From Prevotella sp. UBA3757 (GTDB lineage Bacteria; Bacteroidota; Bacteroidia; Bacteroidales; Bacteroidaceae): a stretch of 64,000 bases of DNA. A program made the translations under genes and the position numbers. This document shows, piece after piece, positions 1-8,630 of the stretch. Within the stretch, counting starts at the first letter, position 1, and every line of letters starts with the position of its first letter. The stretch covers positions 2,032-66,031 of the forward strand of contig DFGF01000068.1 of NCBI GenBank assembly GCA_002371715.1, in the 5' to 3' direction. The notes beneath the pieces were generated by a model. That model was not told the DNA's origin, ran no database searches, and worked only from the letters and a program-made list of their open reading frames with translations.

Positions 1-1157
1 TCTTCTCTGACTTTGTCAGCCAGAGCGAGATGCAGGCCATGAGCCAGATACCCGCCGACCAGCTGACGCCGCTGCTCGCCAACCTGACGGAGATGCGCAT
101 GGCCATGTTCACGTCCGACGCCCTGCGCTCGTTCTGGATCATCCTTATCGGTACGGCCCTGCTGCTGGCTTTCTGCTTCAGGAAACTGCGTGCCGAATGG
201 ATGGTTGCCGGCATGCTGCTGCTCTGCCTGACAGACATGTGGCAGGTCAACAAGCGCTACCTGAACGACGGCATGTTCGTGTCGAAGTCGATGCGCGAGG
301 CTCCCATTGAGAAGTCGGAAGCCATCGACCATATCCTGCAGGACAAGTCGCTGGACTATCGCGTGCTGAACCTGGCCACCTCGACATTCAACGAGAACGA
401 GACATCCTACTACCTGAAAAGCATCGGTGGCTACCATGCCGCCAAGCTGCGCCGCTACCAGGAACTCATCGATGCCCACATCCAGCCGGAGATGTCCGGC
501 GTGTTTGACGCTGTCAGCCGCTCTGCCGGCGACATGACGCAAGTGAATGGCGACTCGATATTCCCCGTGCTCAACATGCTCAACACGAAATACTTCATCC
601 TGCCACTGCAGGGTGGCCGGACGGTACCCCTGGAGAATCCCTATACCTATGGCAATGCGTGGTTTGTCGACAAGTTGCACTACGTCGATAATGCCAACGA
701 CGAGCTGGACATGACCGGCAAGCTGCCCCTGCGCCATGAGGCCGTGGCCGACCGCAGGTTCAGCCAGCAGCTGGGCGAGGCCGTCGCTCAGGATACGAAT
801 AGCGTGGTGCGCCTGACGGCCTACGAACCCAACCAGCTGACCTATGAGGTCAACTCAGGCAAGGGCGGCGTCGTGGTTTTCTCGGAAATCTACTATCCCG
901 GCTGGACGGCTACGGTGGATGGCGTCGAGCAGGAGCTGGGCCGCGTCGACTACGTGTTGCGTGCCCTGCAGGTGAAGCCCGGCCGCCACGAGGTGGTGCT
1001 GAGCTTCTTCCCCAAGACCATCGACCGCACGGAGACCGTGGCCTATATCAGCTACGGCGTGCTGTTGCTGATTATTCTGCTGCTGATATGGAAATATGTA
1101 CGTAAGCGTAATGACCGTACCAGCCAACCACAGCCAGACACAACAGCGGAAGCATAA
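1..1157 (+). CDS. YfhO-family membrane protein (GT-C-like), C-terminal part; begins upstream of the window
   Basis: Motifs SIGGYHAAKLRRYQELI and VVFSEIYYPGWTATVDG...RVDYVLRAL, plus a C-terminal TM helix, are typical of Bacteroidetes YfhO proteins. The frame is open from the window edge. Confidence 0.85.
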   Translation, partial: FSDFVSQSEMQAMSQIPADQLTPLLANLTEMRMAMFTSDALRSFWIILIGTALLLAFCFRKLRAEWMVAGMLLLCLTDMWQVNKRYLNDGMFVSKSMREAPIEKSEAIDHILQDKSLDYRVLNLATSTFNENETSYYLKSIGGYHAAKLRRYQELIDAHIQPEMSGVFDAVSRSAGDMTQVNGDSIFPVLNMLNTKYFILPLQGGRTVPLENPYTYGNAWFVDKLHYVDNANDELDMTGKLPLRHEAVADRRFSQQLGEAVAQDTNSVVRLTAYEPNQLTYEVNSGKGGVVVFSEIYYPGWTATVDGVEQELGRVDYVLRALQVKPGRHEVVLSFFPKTIDRTETVAYISYGVLLLIILLLIWKYVRKRNDRTSQPQPDTTAEA

Positions 1158-2400
1158 ACGACAGATTGGTGCTGGGCAGTCCGAACAGGCTCACACCACT
1201 ATCAATGATCATGGCCTGAATGGGCGGGAATACCGAACCGCCCAGGATGGCCATGATGAGTCCTGCACTGGCTATCTTGGCATGCTCGCGGACACCGTTC
1301 AGCGACAAGGCAAAGATGGTGGGGAACATCAGTGACAGGCAGCCGCTGACCAGAATCAGACAGTAGAGACCGTTGCGGTCGGTGAAGATGATGGCACCCA
1401 GCAGGGCTGCCATGCCCACGATGGCCAGTACTGACAGCATGCGCGACGGCGAGAACCATCGCATGAGCCACGTACACAGGAAGCGGCTTGCGGCAAAGCA
1501 TACCAGGGCGGCGATGTTGTACTTCTGGGCCACCACCATGGCTTCGTAGTCCGTCATGCCCTCGTCCACGAACAGGCGCATGCCATACTGGATGATGTAC
1601 GTCCAACAGGCCACCTGTGCCCCCACATAGCAGAACTGGGCCACGACGCCCATGCGGTACATGCCGTGGTGCATCAGCGCGCGCAGGGTGTCGACGACGG
1701 GATACCGCTGCATGTCCTTGTCGTTCAGCGGAAATCGCACGATGGCTATGATGACCAGGAGAATCATGACCACCGCAGCAATATATATGTATGGCTGAAT
1801 CAGGATGCCCAGGTCGTAGTTTTTCAGGATATTGAACTGTTGGAGCGGCATGGCATCGCGGATGTTGGCTTTCAGCGGATTCAGACCTTTGTGGACTGCC
1901 ATGGCCACAATCATGCCAACCACCGTACCCAGGGCGTTGAACGACTGGACGGCATTCAGCCGCTGGACGGCATTCCGCTCGTTGCCCATCAGGCAGACGT
2001 AGGGGTTGCACGTCGTCTCCAGAAACGACAGGCCGCAGGTCAGGATGAAGTAGGCTGCCAGGAAGGCGTAGAACTCGCCCACCATGCGTGCCGGCAGGAA
2101 CAGCAGTGAACCGATGGCGTACAGTGCCAGTCCGACGATGATGCCCTTCTTGAACGAGTAGCGCTGTATGAAGAGTGCCGCCGGTATGGCCATGCAGAAG
2201 TAGCCCAGGTTGAAGGCAATGGTGACGAACGATGCCTCGGTGGTGCCGATGCGGAAAATGCGCGAAAAGGCGTTGACCATCGGGGTTGTGACGTTGTTGG
2301 CAAAGCCCCAAAGGGCAAAGCAGATGGTAATCAGTACGAATACCACGAGGAAGTTCTTCTCCTGCTGTGTTGTTGTGTCAATCTTTCCTAATATCTTCAT
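1072..2400 (-). CDS. fucP: L-fucose:H+ symporter (MFS, FucP family)
   Basis: Motifs FALWGFAN, GYFCMAIPAA, LTCGLSFLETTCNPY, QFCYVGAQ and SLMFPTIF. Divergent from fkp. The ATG at 2400 is preferred because it lies downstream of a minus-strand promoter. Confidence 0.88.
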   Translation of the reverse strand: MKILGKIDTTTQQEKNFLVVFVLITICFALWGFANNVTTPMVNAFSRIFRIGTTEASFVTIAFNLGYFCMAIPAALFIQRYSFKKGIIVGLALYAIGSLLFLPARMVGEFYAFLAAYFILTCGLSFLETTCNPYVCLMGNERNAVQRLNAVQSFNALGTVVGMIVAMAVHKGLNPLKANIRDAMPLQQFNILKNYDLGILIQPYIYIAAVVMILLVIIAIVRFPLNDKDMQRYPVVDTLRALMHHGMYRMGVVAQFCYVGAQVACWTYIIQYGMRLFVDEGMTDYEAMVVAQKYNIAALVCFAASRFLCTWLMRWFSPSRMLSVLAIVGMAALLGAIIFTDRNGLYCLILVSGCLSLMFPTIFALSLNGVREHAKIASAGLIMAILGGSVFPPIQAMIIDSGVSLFGLPSTNLSFMLPLLCLAVVGWYGHYAYVHISISAAE

Positions 2401-2428
2401 GGTTAGTAAGTTTTTGTATATTTGCTTG

Positions 2429-2457
2429 CAAAGATACGAAAAAGTTTTGTAACTTTG
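2429..2457. promoter_or_regulatory. Back-to-back Bacteroidetes sigma-A -7 elements for fucP (minus) and fkp (plus)
   Basis: TATCTTTG on the minus strand at 2429-2436 and TAACTTTG on the plus strand at 2450-2457 both match TAnnTTTG. Confidence 0.7.
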
Positions 2458-2477
2458 CACTCAAATACATGAAAAGA

Positions 2478-5045
2478 ATGAAAAAACTACTCTCTTTACC
2501 ACCAAATCTGGTGGAGTGCTTCCACGAAGTGACCGGACTGCCGCGTGATGAATACTTCTGTACGTGCGACCCGATAGGCCACCGGTTAGGGTCGGGGGGC
2601 GGTACGACGTGGCTCCTCGACCAGGCCAAAGACTGGCTGGGTGGCGAGCGGTGCATCGTGCTGCATGCCGGCGGCCAGAGCAAGCGGCTGCCCTCCTACG
2701 CCGTCAGTGGCAAGGTGCTGACACCTATTCCCGTGTTCCGCTGGGAGCGCGGCCAGCGCCTGTCGCAGACGCTGCTCGACCTGCAGTTGCCGCTCTATGA
2801 GCGAATGATGGCGCAGGCGCCGCGCCGGCTGACCACGATGATTGTCAGCGGCGACGTCTACATCCGTGCCGCCGAGCGCATCGGCGACATCCCCGATGCC
2901 GACGTGGTGTGCTACGGCCTATGGCTCGACGCCTCGATAGCCCGTAACCATGGCGTGTTCGTCAGCGACCGCCGCACGCCCGGCGTGCTGAAGCAGATGC
3001 TGCAGAAGCCGTCGCCCGAACGGCTGCAGGCGTTGCTGCGTGACCACTACTACCTGACGGACATCGGCATCTGGATGCTGAGCGACAAGGCCGTCCGCCT
3101 GCTCGCCCAGCGCAGCACCTCCGAGGCGTCGCCCCTGCCCTCGTATTTGAAAGCATACGACCTCTATTCGGAGTTCGGCTGTGCGCTTGGCACCGACCCG
3201 ACCATTGACGACCCCGAACTCAGGGCCCTGACGGTGGCCATTGTCCCGCTGCCAGGCGGCGCGTTCTACCACTTCGGCACGTCGCGCGAGATGATCAGTT
3301 CGACGCTGGCCGTCCAGAACATCGTCAACGACCAGCGCGACATCATGCACAACGACCGCAAGCCCCATCCCAGCATTTTTACGCAGAACACCGTCGCGCA
3401 CTACCGGTTTACGGAAGAGAACTACAATATCTGGATAGAGAACAGCTACATCGGGCCGCGCTGGCGGCTGACCCACGACAATGTGGTGACGGGCGTGCCC
3501 GAGAACGACTGGGACATCACGCTGGGGCCCGGTGAGTGCATAGACGTGACGCCCGTGGGCGAGACCGACTACGAGGTGCGCCGCTACCATATTGACGATG
3601 CCGTGAACAGCAACGAGCTGGCCGAGCGGGCCAACCTGCGGCGGCTGTTTGCGCAGCGCCGCCAGTTCCGTAGCCAGAACTGGCCGGCACTGGCCAAGAA
3701 CTGGCAGCACTCGGTGTTCTACCAGCTCGACCTGGACGATGCGGCCCGCGAATACGGCGAGATGGGCATCCCGATGCCCGATGCCATCGCGGCCGATGCC
3801 CCGCTGATGACGCGCATCCACGACGCCATGTTCCGTGGCGACGACCAGAAGGCCTTTGCCCTGTTGCGCGAGGGCATCCTGTCGCCCCTCACCACGCAGC
3901 TGTCGCCGCACGCGTCGCCGCGCCTCTCGGCCTATCCCGACCAGATTGTGTGGAGCCGTTCGCCCGTGCGCATCGACCTGGCAGGCGGGTGGACCGATAC
4001 GCCGCCCTACTGCCTGATGGAGGGTGGCTCAGTGGTCAACATCGCCATCGAACTGAACGGTCAGCCGCCGTTGCAGGCGTATGTCAAGTCATGCCGCGAG
4101 CCGCACATCGTGCTGCGCAGCATTGACCTGGGAGCCATGGAGGTCATTGACACCTACGAGCAGCTGTCACAATATAATAAGGTAGGGTCGCCGTTCTCCA
4201 TACCGAAGGCCGCCCTGGCCCTGGCGGGTTTCCTGCCCGATTTCTGCGGCGAGAGCTACCCCTCGCTGCGGACCCAGCTGGAAAGCTTCGGCAGCGGCAT
4301 AGAGCTGACGCTGCTGTCGGCCGTACCCGCCGGCAGTGGTCTGGGCACAAGCAGCATCCTGGCAGCCACGGTGCTTGGTGCCGTCAGCGACTTCTGTTCG
4401 CTGGCGTGGGACAAGACCGAGATAGGCTACCGCACGCTGGTGCTCGAGCAGTTGCTGACGACCGGCGGCGGCTGGCAGGACCAGTTTGGTGGCGTGCTGG
4501 GTGGTGTCAAACTGCTGCAGACGCAGCGCGGTTTCGACCAGAACCCGCAGGTGCGCTGGTTGCCCGACGGTCTGTTTACCCAGCCGGAGTACGCCGGATG
4601 CCACCTGCTGTACTACACCGGCATCACGCGCACGGCCAAGACCATACTGGCCGAAATCGTGCGCCGCATGTTTCTGAATCATGGCGGCGAATTGCGCCAG
4701 CTGCGCGCGATGAAGGCCCACGCCATAGACATGTACGAGGCCATCCAGCGCCAGGACTTCGAGAGCTACGGCCGGTTGGTGCGCCAGACGTGGCACCAGA
4801 ACCAGCAGATAGACAGCGGCACCAATCCGGAGGGCGTGCAGCGCATCACGTCGCTCGTCGACGACCTCTGCCTGGGCTACAAGTTGCCCGGTGCCGGTGG
4901 TGGCGGCTACCTGTACATGGTGGCCAAGGACCCGGAGGCAGCCGCCCGCATCAAGCAGATTATCAATCAGGCCCAGCCCAATCCCAACGCCCGCTTCGTG
5001 GATATGAAACTCTCAAAGACGGGGCTGCAGGTGTCGCGCAGCTGA
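2478..5045 (+). CDS. fkp: Bifunctional L-fucokinase / L-fucose-1-phosphate guanylyltransferase
   Basis: MKKLLSLPPNLV start; LGSGGGT and LHAGGQSKRLP pyrophosphorylase motifs; GHMP kinase motifs PVRIDLAGGWTD, PAGSGLGTSS, GGGWQDQ and KLPGAGGGG. The start could also be 2469. Confidence 0.95.
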   Translation: MKKLLSLPPNLVECFHEVTGLPRDEYFCTCDPIGHRLGSGGGTTWLLDQAKDWLGGERCIVLHAGGQSKRLPSYAVSGKVLTPIPVFRWERGQRLSQTLLDLQLPLYERMMAQAPRRLTTMIVSGDVYIRAAERIGDIPDADVVCYGLWLDASIARNHGVFVSDRRTPGVLKQMLQKPSPERLQALLRDHYYLTDIGIWMLSDKAVRLLAQRSTSEASPLPSYLKAYDLYSEFGCALGTDPTIDDPELRALTVAIVPLPGGAFYHFGTSREMISSTLAVQNIVNDQRDIMHNDRKPHPSIFTQNTVAHYRFTEENYNIWIENSYIGPRWRLTHDNVVTGVPENDWDITLGPGECIDVTPVGETDYEVRRYHIDDAVNSNELAERANLRRLFAQRRQFRSQNWPALAKNWQHSVFYQLDLDDAAREYGEMGIPMPDAIAADAPLMTRIHDAMFRGDDQKAFALLREGILSPLTTQLSPHASPRLSAYPDQIVWSRSPVRIDLAGGWTDTPPYCLMEGGSVVNIAIELNGQPPLQAYVKSCREPHIVLRSIDLGAMEVIDTYEQLSQYNKVGSPFSIPKAALALAGFLPDFCGESYPSLRTQLESFGSGIELTLLSAVPAGSGLGTSSILAATVLGAVSDFCSLAWDKTEIGYRTLVLEQLLTTGGGWQDQFGGVLGGVKLLQTQRGFDQNPQVRWLPDGLFTQPEYAGCHLLYYTGITRTAKTILAEIVRRMFLNHGGELRQLRAMKAHAIDMYEAIQRQDFESYGRLVRQTWHQNQQIDSGTNPEGVQRITSLVDDLCLGYKLPGAGGGGYLYMVAKDPEAAARIKQIINQAQPNPNARFVDMKLSKTGLQVSRS

Positions 5046-5053
5046 CGTGGGTG

Positions 5054-5093
5054 ATTGAGAAATTGAGGGATTGAGAGATTGAGAAATTGAGAC
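5054..5093 (+). repeat. Degenerate 8-bp tandem array (ATTGAGRR x5), intergenic
   Basis: attgagaa attgaggg attgagag attgagaa attgagac. Confidence 0.85.
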
Positions 5094-5099
5094 CTGAAG

Positions 5100-5990
5100 A
5101 TGGAGTTCAGAACTGTTGTTGACATACCGAAGCCAGGCTTCGAAATCCGGCCCTGCGAGGAGCTGCTCTTCGTCGGCTCATGCTTTGCCGACGGCATCGG
5201 CCAGCGGTTCAGGGACGAGGGGTTCCCGGTGACCGTCAACCCCTACGGCACGATGTATAACCCCGCCTCCGTGCTGCACACCATTGAGCGTTGTCAGAGG
5301 GTGCCTCGCATCGTGTTTCTGACGCTGGGCACGAACCATGTCTACCGGCTGAAGGCCACTGGCGAAATCGTGGACAACTGCCAGAAGCGGCCCCAAAGCC
5401 TGTTTCAGGAGGAAACGCTGACGGTCGACGACTGTTGCGGCTACCTGGAGCAGGCCGTCCAGACGCTGCGGATGCGCAATCCCGACGTGCATGTGGTGCT
5501 GACGGTCAGCCCGATACGCTACCGGAAATACGGTTACCACGAGAGCCAACTGTCAAAGGCCACCCTGCTGTTGGCAGTCGACAGACTGACCGGGCATTCT
5601 GGGTGCTCTGAGTATTCTGAGTGCTCTGAGTATTCTGAGTATTCTGATTATTCCGATTATTCTGATTATTCCGAGTATTCCGATTATTCTGAGCATATCC
5701 ATTATTTCCCGGCTTACGAGCTGGTTCTTGACGAGCTGCGTGACTACCGCTTCTATGCTCCCGACATGCTGCACCCCTCGCAGCAGGCTGTTGACTACGT
5801 CTGGGAACGGCTGGTCGAGGCGTGTTTCTCGGCTGAGGCCAAAACGTTCCTGGACGAATGGCGCCCGCTGAAACAGGCGCTGGCCCACAGGCCGTTCAAT
5901 CCCGAATCGGCAGAATATCGGGCCTTTATGGATAAAACAATGTTAAAAGTCGCTGAATTACGGAAAAAATATCGTACCTTCGCACTATGA
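5100..5990 (+). CDS. GSCFA-domain protein (SGNH/GDSL-like)
   Basis: Motifs VGSCFA, NPYGTMYNP, LTVSPIR, SKATLL, YFPAYELVLDELRDYRFY and DMLHPS. Confidence 0.92.
   Translation: MEFRTVVDIPKPGFEIRPCEELLFVGSCFADGIGQRFRDEGFPVTVNPYGTMYNPASVLHTIERCQRVPRIVFLTLGTNHVYRLKATGEIVDNCQKRPQSLFQEETLTVDDCCGYLEQAVQTLRMRNPDVHVVLTVSPIRYRKYGYHESQLSKATLLLAVDRLTGHSGCSEYSECSEYSEYSDYSDYSDYSEYSDYSEHIHYFPAYELVLDELRDYRFYAPDMLHPSQQAVDYVWERLVEACFSAEAKTFLDEWRPLKQALAHRPFNPESAEYRAFMDKTMLKVAELRKKYRTFAL
5592..5696 (+). repeat. In-frame 9-bp tandem array (GAGTATTCT-like, about 11 units) encoding (SEY/SDY)n
   Basis: Directly visible; translates as GHSGCSEYSECSEYSEYSDYSDYSDYSEYSDYSEH. Confidence 0.95.
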
Positions 5991-8503
5991 ACTATTCAAT
6001 AGAGAAAATTACGACGCTCATAGGAGCGCGGCGCATCGGCCAGACCGATGCGCAGATAGGGTGGCTGCTCACTGACAGCCGCTCGCTGTGTTTCCCCGAG
6101 GAGACACTGTTCTTTGCCCTGAAAACGCAGCGTAACGACGGCCATCGCTATGTGGCCGACCTCTACCGCCGTGGCGTGCGCAACTTCGTGGTCGAGAATA
6201 ATTCTCAATTCTCAACCTTCAACTCTCAATTCTCTGATGCCAACTTCCTGGTTGTGCCGTCGCCTTTGGCTGCCCTGCAGCGGTTGGCCGAGCGCCATCG
6301 CGACGAATTTGACATACCGATCGTCGGACTGACAGGCAGTAATGGCAAGACGATGGTGAAGGAGTGGCTTTACCAGTTGCTGCAGCCGCAGTTTGCCGTC
6401 ACCCGCTCGCCCAAGAGTTTCAACAGTCAGATAGGTGTACCACTCTCCATCTGGCTGCTCAACGAGCAGACGGAGGTCGGCATCTTCGAGGCCGGCATCA
6501 GTCAGATGGGCGAGATGGAGGCCCTGCGCGACATGATTCAGCCCACCATCGGTGTGCTGACGTCCATCGGCCCTGCCCATCAGGAGAATTTCCGCTCGTT
6601 GGAGGAGAAGTGCATGGAGAAGATGCGGCTCTTCAGCGGTGCCAGGGTGCTGGCCTATAATAGCGACGACGACGTCGTCTCGCGCTGCATCCGCCGCAGC
6701 GGTTTCAAGGGCGAGAAGATAGGGTGGAGCAGGAACAACAGTTCGGCACCGCTCTATATCGAGGATGTGACCACCGGCCAGTCCCCATCACCCAACCCCC
6801 ATCACCCATCACCTGTCACCTCCGTCACCTATATATATAAAGGAACGCGAGGAAGCTACAGTCTGCCGTTCTTCGACGAGGCTTCGCTGCAGTGCTCCTT
6901 CGCCTGCGCGGCGGTAGCATTGTATCTGGGCGTGGCGCAAGACCAGTTGGCCGAACGGATGCAACGCCTGGAGCCTGTGGCCATGCGCCTGGAGGTCAAA
7001 GAGGGGCAGCACGGCTGTACGCTCATCAACGACTCGTACAATTCTGATGTCAATTCACTGGACATCGCCCTCGACTTCATGCAGCGCAGGGCCTCGGCGG
7101 TGTCGTCGCAGCGTCCGACGCTCATCCTGAGTGACATCTTCCAGAGCGGCATGACCGACGAGGCACTCTATCAGGAGGTCAACAGCCTCTGCGAGCAGCG
7201 CGGCGTGGGGCGGCTGATTGGCATCGGACCGCGCATCACGGCGCAGCGTTCAGCGTTCAGTGTCGAGTGTTCAGCGTTTTTCCCCACCACCGACGACTTC
7301 CTGCAGAGTCCGCTGCTGCAACAGCTGCATGACGAGATAGTACTCATCAAGGGTGCCCGCCCCTTCGGCTTCGACCGCATCACCGAGCGCCTGGAGCAGA
7401 AGGTGCACGAGACGATACTGGAGGTCAACCTCAATGCCGTGGTCAGCAATCTGAACTACTACCGCTCGTTCCTCAGGCCGGAGACCAAGCTGGTATGTAT
7501 GGTGAAGGCCGATGCCTACGGAGCCGGTGCCGTGGAGGTGGCCAAGACGCTGCAGGAGCACCGCGTAGACTATCTGGCCGTGGCCGTGGCCGACGAGGGC
7601 GTCACCCTGCGGCGCAACGGCATCACGCAGAACATCATGATCATGAATCCCGAGATGACGGCCTTCAAGACCATGTTCGACTACGACCTGGAGCCCGAGG
7701 TGTACTCCTTCCGGCTGATGGATGCGCTGATACATGCCGCCGAGCAGCAGGGTATTACGGGATGGCCCGTCCACATCAAACTCGATACGGGCATGCACCG
7801 CCTGGGCTTCGACCCGGAGAAGGACATCGAGCAGGTCATCCGGCGACTGAAAAGCCAGAATGCCATCATTCCGCGTTCGGTATTCTCACATTTCGTGGGT
7901 TCCGACAGCGACGACTTCGACAACTTCTCGACCCTGCAGTTCCAGCGCTTCGAGGCTGGCAGCCGGAAGTTGCAGGCCGCCTTCAGCCACAAGATACTGC
8001 GCCACATGGACAATTCGGCGGCCATCGAGCACTTCCCCGAGCGGCAGATGGACATGTGTCGGCTGGGGCTGGGCCTCTATGGCGTCGACCCGCGCGACAA
8101 TCGCATACTCTCCACCGTCTCAACGCTGAAGACCACCATCCTGCAACTGCGCCGCGTGCCCAAGGACGAGACCGTGGGCTACTCGCGCAAGGGCGTGCTG
8201 ACGCGCGACAGCCTGATAGCGGCCATCCCCATCGGCTATGCCGACGGGCTGAACCGCCACTTAGGACGTGGGGCGGGCTACTGCCTGGTTCGCGGACAGA
8301 AAGCCCCCTACGTCGGCAACATCTGTATGGACGTGGCCATGATTGACGTGACCGACGTTCCTGACGTCCGTGAGGGCGACAGCGTCGAGATTTTCGGCGA
8401 ACATTTGCCCGTCACCGTGCTGAGCGACGTGCTGCAGACCATACCCTACGAAGTGATGACCAGCGTGTCGAATCGGGTCAAGAAAGTGTACTTCCAGGAC
8501 TGA
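5987..8503 (+). CDS. alr: Bifunctional MurF ligase / alanine racemase fusion
   Basis: Mur ligase motifs GLTGSNGKT, SPKSFNSQIGVP and INDSYN; racemase motifs MVKADAYGAG, HIKLDTGMHRLG, PIGYADG and ICMD. Confidence 0.95.
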   Translation: MNYSIEKITTLIGARRIGQTDAQIGWLLTDSRSLCFPEETLFFALKTQRNDGHRYVADLYRRGVRNFVVENNSQFSTFNSQFSDANFLVVPSPLAALQRLAERHRDEFDIPIVGLTGSNGKTMVKEWLYQLLQPQFAVTRSPKSFNSQIGVPLSIWLLNEQTEVGIFEAGISQMGEMEALRDMIQPTIGVLTSIGPAHQENFRSLEEKCMEKMRLFSGARVLAYNSDDDVVSRCIRRSGFKGEKIGWSRNNSSAPLYIEDVTTGQSPSPNPHHPSPVTSVTYIYKGTRGSYSLPFFDEASLQCSFACAAVALYLGVAQDQLAERMQRLEPVAMRLEVKEGQHGCTLINDSYNSDVNSLDIALDFMQRRASAVSSQRPTLILSDIFQSGMTDEALYQEVNSLCEQRGVGRLIGIGPRITAQRSAFSVECSAFFPTTDDFLQSPLLQQLHDEIVLIKGARPFGFDRITERLEQKVHETILEVNLNAVVSNLNYYRSFLRPETKLVCMVKADAYGAGAVEVAKTLQEHRVDYLAVAVADEGVTLRRNGITQNIMIMNPEMTAFKTMFDYDLEPEVYSFRLMDALIHAAEQQGITGWPVHIKLDTGMHRLGFDPEKDIEQVIRRLKSQNAIIPRSVFSHFVGSDSDDFDNFSTLQFQRFEAGSRKLQAAFSHKILRHMDNSAAIEHFPERQMDMCRLGLGLYGVDPRDNRILSTVSTLKTTILQLRRVPKDETVGYSRKGVLTRDSLIAAIPIGYADGLNRHLGRGAGYCLVRGQKAPYVGNICMDVAMIDVTDVPDVREGDSVEIFGEHLPVTVLSDVLQTIPYEVMTSVSNRVKKVYFQD

Positions 8504-8532
8504 ACAGGACTGAATGTAAACGATTTAGTAAG

Positions 8533-8570
8533 AAAAAAGAGCGAAAGTTGCATAACTTTCGCTCTTTTTT
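8533..8570. terminator. Intrinsic terminator hairpin, probably bidirectional, after murF-alr
   Basis: aaaaaagagcgaaagttg-ca-taactttcgctctttttt. Confidence 0.75.
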
Positions 8571-8573
8571 TAT

Positions 8574-8581
8574 TATCTTTG
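8574..8581 (+). promoter_or_regulatory. -7 promoter element for the gatC-like/kduI/exuT operon
   Basis: TATCTTTG about 50 bp upstream of the ATG at 8631. Confidence 0.65.
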
Positions 8582-8630
8582 CACCCAAATAGACTAAAAC
8601 AAACAAAAAAATATCGATATTTCAAACACA

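Noticed and set aside
2367-2477. Extended N-termini for fkp (2367) and fucP (2460) in the ORF track
   Set aside because: They overlap each other and the divergent promoter elements; family-like sequence starts at 2478 and 2400.
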